This document shows, one piece after another, positions 31,386 to 41,974 of a stretch of 64,000 bases of DNA. Source of the stretch: Dehalococcoidia bacterium (GTDB lineage Bacteria > Chloroflexota > Dehalococcoidia > Plut-88900). Every line of letters begins with the position of its first letter. The stretch's first letter is position 1. The notes under the pieces are model-generated. The model saw only the letters and a program-made list of their open reading frames with translations, was not told where the DNA came from and searched no databases. The DNA is taken from NCBI GenBank assembly GCA_965197645.1, contig OZ240219.1, positions 2,464,001 through 2,528,000 of the forward strand. The letters run 5' to 3'. Both the position numbers and the translations under genes were made by a program.

Positions 31386-32132
31386 TTGAGCCAACGATTG
31401 ACCTCCGTAGACATAATACTGCCGGTCTACAACGAGGAGACTGGACTGCCCAACAGTGTTCGGGCTCTCCACTCCTTCCTCATCGAGCGCATGTCTTCGT
31501 ACGAGTGGCGCATCGTTGTCGCCGATAACGGCTCCGTGGACGGCACCCTGGACGTGGCCCGAAGCCTCTCGAAGCAGTACGCGGGCGTCGGCTATGCCCA
31601 CCTAGATCAAAAAGGGCGAGGCAGGGCGCTTCACAAGACATGGACCCAGAGCGATGCCGACGTCATCTGCTACATGGACGTCGATCTTTCCACCCGCCTC
31701 GATGGTTTCCCACCCTTGGTGAAGGCCATCGAGGACGGCTACGATGTCGCCGTTGGGTCCCGGCTGATGAGAGGCGCCAAGGTGGAGAAGCGCACCTTCA
31801 AGCGGGAGACCATCTCCCGCTGCTACAACCTTCTCATCAAAATGATGTTCCAGACCCGGTTCTCCGACGCCCAGTGCGGCTTCAAAGCGGTGAGCCAGAG
31901 GGTCTCCCGGGAGGTGATACCTCTAATCAAAGACCGTGGCTGGTTCTTCGATTCCGAGCTCCTCATCATCGCCGAGAAGAACGGGTATCGAATCAAGGAC
32001 GTCCCCGTCCACTGGGTAGACGACCCGGATACGCGGGTCAAAGTCGTTGGCACCGCTTGGGGCGACCTCAAAGGTCTGCTGAGGCTCAGGTTCGGCGGCA
32101 TACCCAGACCTGTCCGCCCAACTGGCCCATAG
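31386..32132 (+). CDS. GT2 glycosyltransferase (polyprenol-phosphate glycosyltransferase-like)
   Basis: IILPVYNEE, ADNGSVDGT, YMDVDLS, DAQCGFK, WFFDSE. Confidence 0.88.
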   Translation: MSQRLTSVDIILPVYNEETGLPNSVRALHSFLIERMSSYEWRIVVADNGSVDGTLDVARSLSKQYAGVGYAHLDQKGRGRALHKTWTQSDADVICYMDVDLSTRLDGFPPLVKAIEDGYDVAVGSRLMRGAKVEKRTFKRETISRCYNLLIKMMFQTRFSDAQCGFKAVSQRVSREVIPLIKDRGWFFDSELLIIAEKNGYRIKDVPVHWVDDPDTRVKVVGTAWGDLKGLLRLRFGGIPRPVRPTGP

Positions 32133-32196
32133 GCAAACTGCGACTCGACATAACGGAAGGGCTCCGAAGGGGTAGAGAGCCTGCGGATGACATCCA

Positions 32197-32300
32197 GGGA
32201 GTCCAGAGGGCTTCCCTCTGGCAGGGGGCCTGGGGGATGTGCCCCCAGATGTTAAACGTCCCAGGGTGGGTGGGAGGGAAAACCTACTTTGGGGGTGGGG
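32197..32300 (+). repeat. Dispersed two-hairpin repeat, copy B1 (with G-rich tail)
   Basis: Hairpins ccagaggg-ctt-ccctctgg and ctggggg-atgtg-cccccag; 32215-32266 closely matches 57190-57241; tail resembles 2552-2590. Confidence 0.8.
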
Positions 32301-32387
32301 TCACCGCTGACCGACCCCCACCCCATACCCTCCTTGAACTTTCACTGGCCGGAGAGTTATTATAGTTTTACTAGAGGGAGACCCAAC

Positions 32388-32915
32388 ATGCCAAACGTAG
32401 TGCTGGTTGTGGACATGGTCCGAGGTTTCTGCGAAGAAGGCAACAATCTCTACACCGGCCAGTCCGCCCGCAGAATCATCCCCAACGTACGCCGGCTGCT
32501 GGAGCGGGAGTCCAAAGCCGGCTCCAAGCTCATTTTCATCTGCGATAACCACGAACCCGACGACCTAGAGTTCCAGATGTTCCCCGTCCACTGTGTTAAA
32601 GGTACCAACGAGACGGAGATCATTCCCGAGCTCGCCGGGATCCAGGGTGACGTCGTCACCAAGCAGCGATACAGCGGCTTCTTCAACACCAACCTGGAGC
32701 AGCGCCTCGCCGAGTTGGCCCCCGACAAGATCACCGTCGCCGGCGTCTGCACCGACATATGCGTCATGCACACCGTCGCCGATGCGCGAAATCGAGACTA
32801 TGCCGTGGAGGTCCCCGCCGATTGCGTAGCCACCCACACGGAAGAGACCCAGCGCTTCGCCCTTGAGCACATTGAGCGGATTCTCGGCGCAAAGATTGTT
32901 CAGCCGGTCGGCTAG
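32388..32915 (+). CDS. pncA: Nicotinamidase / isochorismatase-family cysteine hydrolase
   Basis: VVDM..GF, DNH, HC, KQRYSGF, GVCTDICV triad; adjacent to pncB. Confidence 0.75.
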   Translation: MPNVVLVVDMVRGFCEEGNNLYTGQSARRIIPNVRRLLERESKAGSKLIFICDNHEPDDLEFQMFPVHCVKGTNETEIIPELAGIQGDVVTKQRYSGFFNTNLEQRLAELAPDKITVAGVCTDICVMHTVADARNRDYAVEVPADCVATHTEETQRFALEHIERILGAKIVQPVG

Positions 32916-32931
32916 AAAAAGGGGTGAGACC

Positions 32932-33966
32932 ATCACCGCCGAAAGCTCCCCATCCCCGCCTCCCGGGGCCCTCAAAGTCAAGTTCGACATACCCGATCCC
33001 ATCCTGACCGGGGACACCACGGACATCTACTTCAGTCGAGCGAAGGAGATCCTGGACAAAGAGGGCCTAACCCCCAATGCGACCATGGAGTTCTTTCCCC
33101 GCTCGGCGGGCATCCTGTGCGGCATCCAGGAGGCCCTCCAGCTCCTCGATCGGGTATTGCCCCCAGGCTCCAGCGAAGTGTATGCCCTCGAAGAGGGAGA
33201 CCCCATCGAGCGGAAAGAGGTGGTCATGCGGGTCAAAGGCCCATATGCCATCTACGGCCTCTACGAGACGCCCCTCCTCGGCATGCTGTCCCACTGCACG
33301 GGCTGGGCGACCGCCGCCAAGGAGTGCATCGATGCGGCCGGCGACGTTCCAGTCGTTAGCTTCGGGGCACGACACGTCCATCCCCTGGTATCCGGCAGGA
33401 TGGACTATGCCGCCATCGTTGGCGGTTGCGTGGGCTGTGCCTCGATAGACGGCGCTCGAATGGCCGGGCTGCCGCCCTCCGGGACCGTACCCCACGCCCT
33501 GATCCTCATACTGGGCGATACGATCAGAGCTGCCGGTGCTTTCGACGAGCACATAGACCCGGACGTGCCCAGGATAGTTCTGGCCGACACCTTTAGGGAC
33601 GAAGCCGAGGAGAGCGTTCGGGTAGCCCGGGCCCTAGGCGACAAGCTGGAAGGGGTGCGTCTGGACACTCCCAGAGAGCGGGGCGGAGTCACCGCCGACC
33701 TGGTGCACGAGGTCAGGGCCCGGCTGGACCTGGAGGGGTTCCACAGGGTCCAGATAGTGGTGAGCGGTGGGCTGACCCCGGAGCGGATACGCTACTTCAA
33801 AGAGAATGACGCCCCCATCGATACCTTCGGAGTCGGCGCTTACATCAGCGGCGCATCCCCCATCGACTTCACCGGCGACATCCACGAGATAGAGAGCAAG
33901 CCCGTTGCCAAACGGGGCCGGCTCCCAGGCCTCACCCCCAACCCCCGCCTCAAACGGGTGATGTAG
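32932..33966 (+). CDS. pncB: Nicotinate phosphoribosyltransferase
   Basis: TDIYF, YETPLLG, FGAR, GTVPH, DT, VRLDT, VSGGL, FGVG; ATC start inferred after SD AAGGGGTGA. Confidence 0.85.
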   Translation: MTAESSPSPPPGALKVKFDIPDPILTGDTTDIYFSRAKEILDKEGLTPNATMEFFPRSAGILCGIQEALQLLDRVLPPGSSEVYALEEGDPIERKEVVMRVKGPYAIYGLYETPLLGMLSHCTGWATAAKECIDAAGDVPVVSFGARHVHPLVSGRMDYAAIVGGCVGCASIDGARMAGLPPSGTVPHALILILGDTIRAAGAFDEHIDPDVPRIVLADTFRDEAEESVRVARALGDKLEGVRLDTPRERGGVTADLVHEVRARLDLEGFHRVQIVVSGGLTPERIRYFKENDAPIDTFGVGAYISGASPIDFTGDIHEIESKPVAKRGRLPGLTPNPRLKRVM

Positions 33967-34012
33967 CCATCGAGTCGTCATAGACTTGTCCCTGCCGTCT
34001 GAACGGTAATAC

Positions 34013-35446
34013 TTAGACCCGCCTGGCCCTCAGCCGCACCACCCGCCGGGTGGAGTCCGTCACCTTGGCCCCTTCATCTATCCGGTGCCCGACCACCCAA
34101 ACGATCCCGGCCTTCGAGCAGACCAGGGGCACTTGGTCCCTCTTGGCCTCCGGCACCTTGGCATCGACGAAGTAGTCCTGGAGCTTCTTGGCGCCTTTTA
34201 GACCCAACGGACGAAACCCGTCGCCGGGCCGTCGAGCGCGGACCGTCAATTTCTCTCCTACTGCGTCGGCGTCCAGGGTGGCCTCGTAGACACCATTGCC
34301 CGCTGGGATATCATGTCCATCAACAAGCCGGGACTCGATCTCCCACCCACCCACCAGAGCGGCACCCGGCACCGGCAGCTCCTGCTCTCCTACGATTGAG
34401 TACAGGCCCTTCATCCCCGGTTGCCCGCACGTGATCAGGCACTGCCCATACTCCATTATCGCCGTAACACCTCGGGGCAGATCGATCCTCTTGCCCACCG
34501 GCTTCGACATCAGCTCCACCAACGACTGTACGTGGGAGTACTCGATATCCACCAGGTCGCCCAGCACGGCCTCGAGGACCTTGCGAATCAGGTGGTGCTG
34601 CAGGGAGGCCGGCAGAGCGGACACGATCTCTGTCTTCAGCCTAAAACCGGCGCCGCTCCGCGTCACGACGGCGTCCCAGCTCTCGGCTACTTTGTCCCCT
34701 ATGAACTCCATGTCCTGATGGGCCGAAGAGGAAAGCCGTAGAAGCGCTTCCACGATGTTGGGGTTGTACTCCCGGAGATAGGGAATCAGCTCCAGCCGCA
34801 CCCGGTTGCGCACTATGTCCGTCGACAGGTTGGTCCGGTCGACCCGGGGCTCCAACCCGAGGGCTTTACAGTAGCCTTCGGTCTCCTGGCGAGACACCGC
34901 CAGCAACGGTCGCACCAGGGTGAACTCCGTACCGGTCGTTGACTTTTGAGATAGGACCTCCCTCATGCCCCGCAGCCCGGATAGCCCGCTGCCTCGCAGG
35001 ATGTGGAGCAGGACCGTCTCGGCCTGGTCCTGGGCGGTGTGCCCAGTGGCGATTGCCGCCGCGCCGGTCTCCCCGGCTACTTTCGAAAGGAACTCGTATC
35101 TCGCCTCCCTGGCCTTCTCCTCCAGCGAGCTGCTGTGTGCCCCCTGTCTGCCTTTTACGTCCTCTCTGTGAATCGTGCAGCCGAGGCCCAGCCTCTTTGC
35201 CTGACCCGCCACGAACTCGGCGTCCCCGTCCGACTCTGGCCCACGGAGGCAATGGTTGAGGTGCGCCAAGTGGAGGTTGATGCCAAGCGGTTCCCTCAGC
35301 CTGTTCACGGCATGTAGCAAGCACAGGGAATCTGGGCCGCCGGAGACGGCCACGATCAGCGGCTGGGGCCGGTGGGCTAGTCCGTGACGCCTGATGAAGT
35401 CCTCGACCCGGCCCTCGATACGTCTCAGCAAGCTCTCCGACACCAT
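34013..35446 (-). CDS. tilS: tRNA(Ile)-lysidine synthase
   Basis: AVSGGPDS, HLNHCLR, AREARY, GHTAQDQAET, RPLL, RNRVR, KKLQDYFVDAKVP; ATG 35446. Confidence 0.95.
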   Translation of the reverse strand: MVSESLLRRIEGRVEDFIRRHGLAHRPQPLIVAVSGGPDSLCLLHAVNRLREPLGINLHLAHLNHCLRGPESDGDAEFVAGQAKRLGLGCTIHREDVKGRQGAHSSSLEEKAREARYEFLSKVAGETGAAAIATGHTAQDQAETVLLHILRGSGLSGLRGMREVLSQKSTTGTEFTLVRPLLAVSRQETEGYCKALGLEPRVDRTNLSTDIVRNRVRLELIPYLREYNPNIVEALLRLSSSAHQDMEFIGDKVAESWDAVVTRSGAGFRLKTEIVSALPASLQHHLIRKVLEAVLGDLVDIEYSHVQSLVELMSKPVGKRIDLPRGVTAIMEYGQCLITCGQPGMKGLYSIVGEQELPVPGAALVGGWEIESRLVDGHDIPAGNGVYEATLDADAVGEKLTVRARRPGDGFRPLGLKGAKKLQDYFVDAKVPEAKRDQVPLVCSKAGIVWVVGHRIDEGAKVTDSTRRVVRLRARRV

Positions 35447-35457
35447 GATGCTACCGC

Positions 35458-36075
35458 TTATCCGTCGGCGTCCTCGGTCCAGTGGCACCGATCGTTCATG
35501 GTAATCAAGACCGGCCCCCGCTCGTTCACTTCGAGTACGCTGATAGCAGCCAGGTCCTGCCGCACCTTTCGGAAGCTGGTCACCTCCAGGCCCAACACCT
35601 TCAGCAATATGCTCTGGATGAGGAAGTTGTGACTGACGGCTATCACCTTTTGCTCCGGGTGTTTCTCCGCCAGCCGCTCCACCGTCGCCCATGCCCGCTC
35701 TTGCAGGGCCGCGATCGATTCTCCTCCCGGCATCTCGAGGGGCGCCACGTCCGTCATCCACTGCTTCATAAAGTCCGGGTATTTGTCCATGAGCTCGGCT
35801 CCGGCGAGGCCGTCCAGGTCTCCCACGTCCAGCTCTCGAAGGTCCTCTATGGGCGCCACCTGCTGACAGGTGCGTTGCGCTATAGCCGTAGCCGTCTCGA
35901 AAGCGCGAGACAGGGGGCTGGAGTATATGCCGGCGGGCCCGAAGCTTCGCAACCGGTCTCCGAGGGCCGCCGCCTGGTCTCGTCCCCTTTGGTTCAACGG
36001 TGCGTCGCTGATCCCCTGGACCCGACCCTCCCGGTTCATATCGGTCTCGCCGTGCCTGACCAATATCAGCCTCAT
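35458..36075 (-). CDS. Histidine phosphatase family protein
   Basis: LVRHGET, YSSPLSRA, GGES, VSH. Confidence 0.92.
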   Translation of the reverse strand: MRLILVRHGETDMNREGRVQGISDAPLNQRGRDQAAALGDRLRSFGPAGIYSSPLSRAFETATAIAQRTCQQVAPIEDLRELDVGDLDGLAGAELMDKYPDFMKQWMTDVAPLEMPGGESIAALQERAWATVERLAEKHPEQKVIAVSHNFLIQSILLKVLGLEVTSFRKVRQDLAAISVLEVNERGPVLITMNDRCHWTEDADG

Positions 36076-37370
36076 GCGGGACCCTCGGGCTCGATGGATG
36101 CCGGCTCCCGCCGTTGCTTGGTCATCAGGATCTTCTCGATCTTTACCCCGGACATTTCGGAAACTGTCAGGGTCAACGATCCATGGCGCACCGCCTCACC
36201 CTCCATGGGAATGTGGCCCAGCTGGTCCAGCAAGAAGCCGGCTATCGTTTCGTACTCCCCGTCTGGAATCGAAAGGTTGAGCCTCTCGTTGGCCTCCTCT
36301 ATCTGCATTCCGGCGTCCACCTGGAACGTTCCCTGGCCCAGGCTCTCGACCTCTTCCGAGGGGGCCTGCTCGTCCTCCCCCGTCCAACCGGTAATGGCGC
36401 CCACCAGCTGCTGCATCGTCACCAGCCCCGCTATTCCACCGTGCTCGTCCACCGTCAACACCATATGGATACCGGTGGTCTGCATCTCCTCGAACAGGCC
36501 ATCCAGCTGCTTGGTCTCCGGCACGAACCTGGCGGGTCTGACCAGATGTATAAGGTTGCTCCCGGCTTCGATATCGCCCTTGTGCATAGCTCTTATCGCA
36601 TCGCTGGTGTGAAGAATGCCGACCACGTTGTCCATGTTCTCCTTGTACATGGGGAACCTGGACCTGGGCGCCTGGTCGTAGATGTCCAGAAACTCCGAAA
36701 GGGTGGTATCCTCCTCCACCCAGGCGATCTCCGTGCGCGGCGTCATCACCTCCTTGACCAGCCGGTCTCCGAAGTTGAGAACCTTGTTCAGCATTATCGC
36801 CTCGTCGCTCTCCACCGCCCCCTCGCTCTGACCTATCGATATCACGGACCGGAGCAGCTCCTCACTCACCTGGTAGCTGCCCCTGCTACGGCCGCCAGTC
36901 AGGTTGACCACCGCCGTCCCGATCCACCGTATCAGTATGGCGAAGGGGAACAGCAGCAGTTCGAACACCGCGAAGGGCCGTATGTAGCGAAACGCCAGCC
37001 ACTCCGAGTGTCTGCTGGCGAAGGTCTTCGGCACCACTTCGCCCAGTATCAGCAACAGTATGGTCACTCCCGCGGTGGAGACGACAACCGCTACACCCCG
37101 GTCCAGCCAGGCGACGGCCAGCATTGTTCCAACCGCAGCCATCGCCGTGTTGACTAGATTATTCCCCAGCAGGACCGTTGATAGGGTCTTCTCCGGCTGG
37201 TCTATCCGAGAGTACAGCCGTTTAGCACCCGTTTGACCTATGTTGACGAGGTGCAGTATGCGAATCCGCTGGAGGGATATAAAGGCCGTCTCCGAACTGG
37301 AGAAGAAGGCGGAAAGTACCAGGAACACCCCCATCAAGACCAGGCTTATGATGGTGGCTTCAATGCTCAT
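36072..37370 (-). CDS. CNNM/CorC (hemolysin-family) metal transporter, DUF21-CBS-CorC
   Basis: SAFFSSSETA, GNNLVN, GEVVPK, VMTPR, SRFP, VDEHGG, YETIAG. Confidence 0.92.
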   Translation of the reverse strand: MSIEATIISLVLMGVFLVLSAFFSSSETAFISLQRIRILHLVNIGQTGAKRLYSRIDQPEKTLSTVLLGNNLVNTAMAAVGTMLAVAWLDRGVAVVVSTAGVTILLLILGEVVPKTFASRHSEWLAFRYIRPFAVFELLLFPFAILIRWIGTAVVNLTGGRSRGSYQVSEELLRSVISIGQSEGAVESDEAIMLNKVLNFGDRLVKEVMTPRTEIAWVEEDTTLSEFLDIYDQAPRSRFPMYKENMDNVVGILHTSDAIRAMHKGDIEAGSNLIHLVRPARFVPETKQLDGLFEEMQTTGIHMVLTVDEHGGIAGLVTMQQLVGAITGWTGEDEQAPSEEVESLGQGTFQVDAGMQIEEANERLNLSIPDGEYETIAGFLLDQLGHIPMEGEAVRHGSLTLTVSEMSGVKIEKILMTKQRREPASIEPEGPA

Positions 37371-37424
37371 CGGTTGTCTCCTTTAACAACACTGAGGCGA
37401 CCGTATCGTGGATCGGGTGGGGCC

Positions 37425-37451
37425 AAAAGAAAAGACCCCGTTTCACGGGGT
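37425..37451 (-). terminator. Intrinsic terminator inside the CNNM 5' leader
   Basis: Minus strand accccgt-gaa-acggggt followed by cttttctttt, 55 nt before the CNNM start and downstream of its promoter. Confidence 0.75.
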
Positions 37452-37554
37452 TAATGGCTCTGCCGATAGGTGGCTCTCTTGTCTTCTACGCTAGATCTTG
37501 GTATCAAGACAGAGGTCCATCAGGCTCGAAGGGATATCTATTCCATTTCATCCC

Positions 37555-37584
37555 AGCATATCATTCCCGTCTGAACGGTGTCAA
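37555..37584 (-). promoter_or_regulatory. Promoter of CNNM operon
   Basis: TTGACA-N18-TATGCT with TG extension on the minus strand. Confidence 0.65.
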
Positions 37585-37662
37585 AAGCCGACGGGCGCCC
37601 ACCGATGTAGGGTACAATATGATCTGGGCTAGCGATCACTAGCCCTTTTTGGCGTAGTATAC

Positions 37663-40600
37663 ATGGACCTTTCAGGCATAGTCGATCTGCTTTCGGAGCA
37701 TCCGGACCTCCAGCGATTCCTGGACTCGGCTGGCGTTTCGGAAGGTGCTTGGCGTGGCGCGGTGCTGGACCCCGCCAAACCCGCGGCCATCGCCGCTCTT
37801 CACCGCTCCCTTGGCAGGCCGGTGATGGTGCTGACCACCCGTCCCGAGACCGCCAGAGACCTGGCCGAGCAGCTCAACGAGTGGAGCTCCGATGCCGAAA
37901 ATAGCGTCCATCTCTTCCCCGAGCCCGACGCACTTCCCTACGAACGGCGCTCGTGGGAGCAGTCCGTGGTGCTGGACCGGCTCCGGGTGCTGCACCTGCT
38001 GAGCCACCGACGAGAACCCGCCCCGATCATCGTTGCCAGCCTGCTGTCGGTCGTCATCAAGACTCTCGATGCGGGATACTTTTCCGGCATCGCCCAAACG
38101 CTCCGCCCCGGCATGCGCATCGATCCTACGGAGCTCCTAGAGGGATGGGCCAGGCTCGGCTACGAAGCCGATCGGGCGGTAGAAGTGCCGGGCACCTTCA
38201 GCCGCCGGGGCGGGATCATCGACGTCTACTCCCCCGTCGAGGAACGTCCCATCCGTCTCGATCTCTTCGGCCCAGAGATAGAGAGCATCCGCACTTTCAG
38301 TCCCCAGGACCAGCAGTCCACGGGCAGCCTCGACTCGGCCACGGTCGTACCCACAACCGAGGCTCTGGTGGAGGACGAAGAAGAGGCCCGGAGGACCATC
38401 GACCGGCTCGACCTCACCGGCTTCACTCCCGACGCTCGGGCCCGGTTCGAAGAGGTGATGCGCCAGTATATCCAGGGCGCCAGCTTCGAGGGCCGTGAGA
38501 GCTACGCCCACCTGTTCCAGCGCGGCGCCTTCTTCGACTACCTTCCCAAGGAAACGGTTCTGGTTCTGGACGATCCGACTGCCCTGGAAAACGGCTATGC
38601 CGAGCTACGTGACGAGGCCGAGGAGCTGCGGCAACAGCAGATTGAAAAGGGAGAGCTTTCCCCCTCCTTCCCCCAACCCCACCTTGAGTGGAAGGAGTTG
38701 GAGGAGCGGGTAAACGTCTTCCCCAACGTGGTCCGTATGGAGCGATGGGAGCGGTCCGGCTCCGCTCCCTCCGAGCTGGCCGGATTCAAGGCCATCCGCA
38801 ACTACGGCGGCCATCTCCGCATATTCCTACGAGACCTTCGCACCCTGCTCCGGGAGGACCATCGGGTGGCTATCGTCTCCCATCAGGCCGGCCGGTTGTC
38901 GGAGCTGCTGCAGGAAGCGGACATCATCGCCGCCGTATCCAAGGACGTTTCCAAGCCTCCTCTGCCCGGCTCCATAACCCTGGCCCAGGGAGTGCTCTCC
39001 GCTGGTTGGAGCCTACAGGACGGTGGGCCTCCCCTGGACCTGTTCACCGATAAAGAGATCTTCGGATTCACCAAGCAGCGACGCGCCGTACGACGCCGTC
39101 CCGTCCGCCGCGAGGCCTTCGCATCCGAGCTCGCGGTCGGAGACCACGTCGTTCACGTCGATCACGGGATTGGCCGGTTTAGCGGCATGGCCAAGATGAA
39201 CCGGACGGAGGGGGAGAGGGAATACCTGACCCTGGAATACGCCGATGGCGCCAGGCTCTACGTCCCTAACGATCAGATCGATCGAGTCAGCCCCTACATC
39301 GGTTCGGGGGATAGCGCCCCGGCACTGAATCGCTTGGGATCCCAGGAGTGGACACGCGCCAAGCGAAGGGTCAAGGAGTCCACCGAAGCCATAGCCCGGG
39401 AACTGCTGGCCCTCTATGCCCGGCGCGAAGTACAGAGGGGCTACGCATTCGGGGAGGACACCCCCTGGCAGCAGGAGCTGGAGGCCTCTTTCCCCTACGT
39501 CGAGACCCTGGACCAGTTGGAGACGATACGGGCAGTGAAGGCCGATATGGAGAAGGCGCGGCCCATGGACCGGCTCGTCTGCGGCGACGTCGGTTACGGC
39601 AAGACCGAGGTTGCCGTCCGAGCCGGATTCAAAGCGGTCATGTCCGGCAAGCAAGTGGCGGTGCTGGTACCCACTACCGTCCTGGCTCAGCAGCACCTGC
39701 ACACCTTCCGTGAACGGCTCGAAGCCTTCCCCATCGAGATCGACATGCTCAGCCGGTTCCGGTCCCACAGGGAGCAAAAGCAGGTGATCGAAGCGCTGAA
39801 GACCGGCTCTGTCGATGTCTGCATCGGGACTCACCGCCTGCTTCAGAAGGACATAGAGTTCAAGGACCTCGGGCTCGTCGTCATCGACGAGGAGCAACGG
39901 TTCGGTGTCGCCCACAAGGAGCGATTGAAACGGATGCGCGAGGAGATAGACGTTCTCACCCTGAGCGCGACACCCATCCCTAGGACCATGCACATGTCCC
40001 TGGTCGGCGTCCGGGACATGAGCACCATGGAAACGCCGCCCGAGGAGCGGCTGCCCATCAAGACCTACGTTCAGGAGTACGATGAAGAGTTGGTCCGCGA
40101 GGCGATTCTGCGGGAGATGGACAGGGGCGGCCAGGTCTTCTTCGTCCACAACCGGGTGCAAAACATTAACGGCATGGCCGAACGACTGCGACGTGAGGTG
40201 CCCCGCGCCGAGATAGCCGTGGCCCACGGCCAGATGCCCGAGCAACAGCTCGAATCGGTCATGCTGGACTTCTTCGACGGACGCTACGACGTGTTGGTCT
40301 GCAGCACCATCATCGAATCGGGCCTGGACATGCCCAACGTCAACACCATAATCATCAACGATGCCGATAAGATGGGCCTCTCCCAGCTCTACCAACTCCG
40401 GGGCCGGGTGGGCCGGGGCACAGATAGGGCCTACGCCTACTTTCTCTTCGGCCGCTACCGGGCCCTGACCGAGGTCGCCGAGAAACGCCTCACCTCGATT
40501 CTCGCTGCGTCTGAATTGGGCGCCGGGTTCCGCATAGCGATGAAGGACCTGGAGATCAGGGGGGCGGGCAACCTGTTGGGCGTGGAGCAGAGCGGCCACA

Positions 40601-41181
40601 TCTCCGCTGTCGGCTTCGACCTCTACACCGTCATGCTGGCCCGCGCCGTCGAGGAGCTCCGGTCCCAGGGTTTCGAGGTGCTGACCCCAATTGACGGGAA
40701 GGCGCCGGTCCTTCGTAGTTTGCCCTCCACCTCCATCGATCTCCCCGTCCCCGCCTACATACCCCAAGAGTATGTCCAGGAGTTGGCCCTCCGTCTCTCT
40801 CTCTACCAGCAGCTTGCCTCCGTCAGCACGGAAGAGCGGGTGGAGGAGATCGCCGCCGAGATGCGAGACCGCTTCGGCCCCCCACCCCCGGAGGTCGATA
40901 ACCTGCTCTACCTGGTACACCTGAAATTCATGGCGTCTGAAGCCGGTATCAGCCGTATCAGCCGGGACGCCGCCCAGGTAGTGATCACCGTCCACGACGG
41001 CATGGTGCTGGATAGGGAGGCGCTATCGAGGATTGGGCACGGAGTTGCAGTCGGCGTCAAACGGGTCCGGCTGGACCTCAATCAGCTGGGCGGGCGCTGG
41101 CAAAGCGTCCTGGAGACTGCCATACGGGCCATCGGGAGCGGGGTTGAAGCGAAGCAGAGTAAGGAAGAAGCGGTCCGCTAG
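37663..41181 (+). CDS. mfd: Transcription-repair coupling factor
   Basis: [66 protein letters not shown]. Confidence 0.98.
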   Translation: MDLSGIVDLLSEHPDLQRFLDSAGVSEGAWRGAVLDPAKPAAIAALHRSLGRPVMVLTTRPETARDLAEQLNEWSSDAENSVHLFPEPDALPYERRSWEQSVVLDRLRVLHLLSHRREPAPIIVASLLSVVIKTLDAGYFSGIAQTLRPGMRIDPTELLEGWARLGYEADRAVEVPGTFSRRGGIIDVYSPVEERPIRLDLFGPEIESIRTFSPQDQQSTGSLDSATVVPTTEALVEDEEEARRTIDRLDLTGFTPDARARFEEVMRQYIQGASFEGRESYAHLFQRGAFFDYLPKETVLVLDDPTALENGYAELRDEAEELRQQQIEKGELSPSFPQPHLEWKELEERVNVFPNVVRMERWERSGSAPSELAGFKAIRNYGGHLRIFLRDLRTLLREDHRVAIVSHQAGRLSELLQEADIIAAVSKDVSKPPLPGSITLAQGVLSAGWSLQDGGPPLDLFTDKEIFGFTKQRRAVRRRPVRREAFASELAVGDHVVHVDHGIGRFSGMAKMNRTEGEREYLTLEYADGARLYVPNDQIDRVSPYIGSGDSAPALNRLGSQEWTRAKRRVKESTEAIARELLALYARREVQRGYAFGEDTPWQQELEASFPYVETLDQLETIRAVKADMEKARPMDRLVCGDVGYGKTEVAVRAGFKAVMSGKQVAVLVPTTVLAQQHLHTFRERLEAFPIEIDMLSRFRSHREQKQVIEALKTGSVDVCIGTHRLLQKDIEFKDLGLVVIDEEQRFGVAHKERLKRMREEIDVLTLSATPIPRTMHMSLVGVRDMSTMETPPEERLPIKTYVQEYDEELVREAILREMDRGGQVFFVHNRVQNINGMAERLRREVPRAEIAVAHGQMPEQQLESVMLDFFDGRYDVLVCSTIIESGLDMPNVNTIIINDADKMGLSQLYQLRGRVGRGTDRAYAYFLFGRYRALTEVAEKRLTSILAASELGAGFRIAMKDLEIRGAGNLLGVEQSGHISAVGFDLYTVMLARAVEELRSQGFEVLTPIDGKAPVLRSLPSTSIDLPVPAYIPQEYVQELALRLSLYQQLASVSTEERVEEIAAEMRDRFGPPPPEVDNLLYLVHLKFMASEAGISRISRDAAQVVITVHDGMVLDREALSRIGHGVAVGVKRVRLDLNQLGGRWQSVLETAIRAIGSGVEAKQSKEEAVR

Positions 41182-41186
41182 CCCTT

Positions 41187-41882
41187 CTACAGGAACGCCA
41201 AGACCTCCTCCAACTTCCGAATCTTGGGCTGGAAGTCCACGTGCCCTTGTAGATCGTCCCTGTCGATTAGTATCGCCTTCATACCCGCCTCCTGCGCCCC
41301 CATGACATCGGCACTGTAATCGTCGCCGACGTGCATCGATTCCTCAGGCGCTACTCCGGCTTTCTTCATCGCCAGTTTGAAAATTCCGGGGTGAGGCTTT
41401 GCTGCGCCCGCCTCCTCCGACGTCACCGCCAGGTCCAGGTGAGGCGCGAGTCTCAGCTTCTCGCACAGCTCCCAAACGTCTTGGCTGAGGTTGGTAATCA
41501 GCCCTGTCTTCACGCCTCGCTCCCTGATTGCATTCAAGACCAGCGCCGAGTCGTCGAACGCCGCCAGATCGTAGGGAATCTTCCTGAGCGACCGGAAGAT
41601 CTCGCCGGCCCGATCCGCTGATATCTCGACACCGGCCCCTGCGAGTATCAACCGCTCGTAGTCTCCAAAAAAATCTCGCCTCTCGTCCTCGTTGCGCTGG
41701 GACAGGGGAGACCGGGCGTTCTCCCTCGCCATGTAATCGTCGGCCACCACATACCCTTCCAGAATCCCCCTCTTGGTCACATCGATCCCGAACTCTCGGC
41801 ACGCCCTCTGCTGAACCTCCTCCCGCCGCGGCTCAAACCCCACCAACGTGTTGTACAGGTCGAAAAAGACGGCCTTGATCAA
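41187..41882 (-). CDS. HAD-superfamily hydrolase
   Basis: FFDLYNTL, ITN, KP, HVGDDYSADV. Confidence 0.9.
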   Translation of the reverse strand: MIKAVFFDLYNTLVGFEPRREEVQQRACREFGIDVTKRGILEGYVVADDYMARENARSPLSQRNEDERRDFFGDYERLILAGAGVEISADRAGEIFRSLRKIPYDLAAFDDSALVLNAIRERGVKTGLITNLSQDVWELCEKLRLAPHLDLAVTSEEAGAAKPHPGIFKLAMKKAGVAPEESMHVGDDYSADVMGAQEAGMKAILIDRDDLQGHVDFQPKIRKLEEVLAFL

Positions 41883-41974
41883 TTTTCTTCCCGTCTAGAT
41901 GAAGGGTCGCATTCCCTTTAGGTGAAGGGGAATATAATGTCGGGTGAGACCGGCCCGAAGTGTAGCACACGCCC

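Noticed and set aside
32355-32378. NrtR-like operator upstream of pncA (tagt-ttt-acta)
   Set aside because: Half-site spacing does not fit GT-N7-AC; better explained as the -10 region.
34013-35761. 582-aa TilS with N-terminal extension
   Set aside because: The extension overlaps the histidine phosphatase in another frame; ATG 35446 gives a normal TilS.
39013-40995. Long antisense ORFs (660 aa here; also 47917-49746, 27241-28902, 3324-4637)
   Set aside because: Shadow ORFs opposite well-conserved GC3-biased genes; no recognisable motifs.
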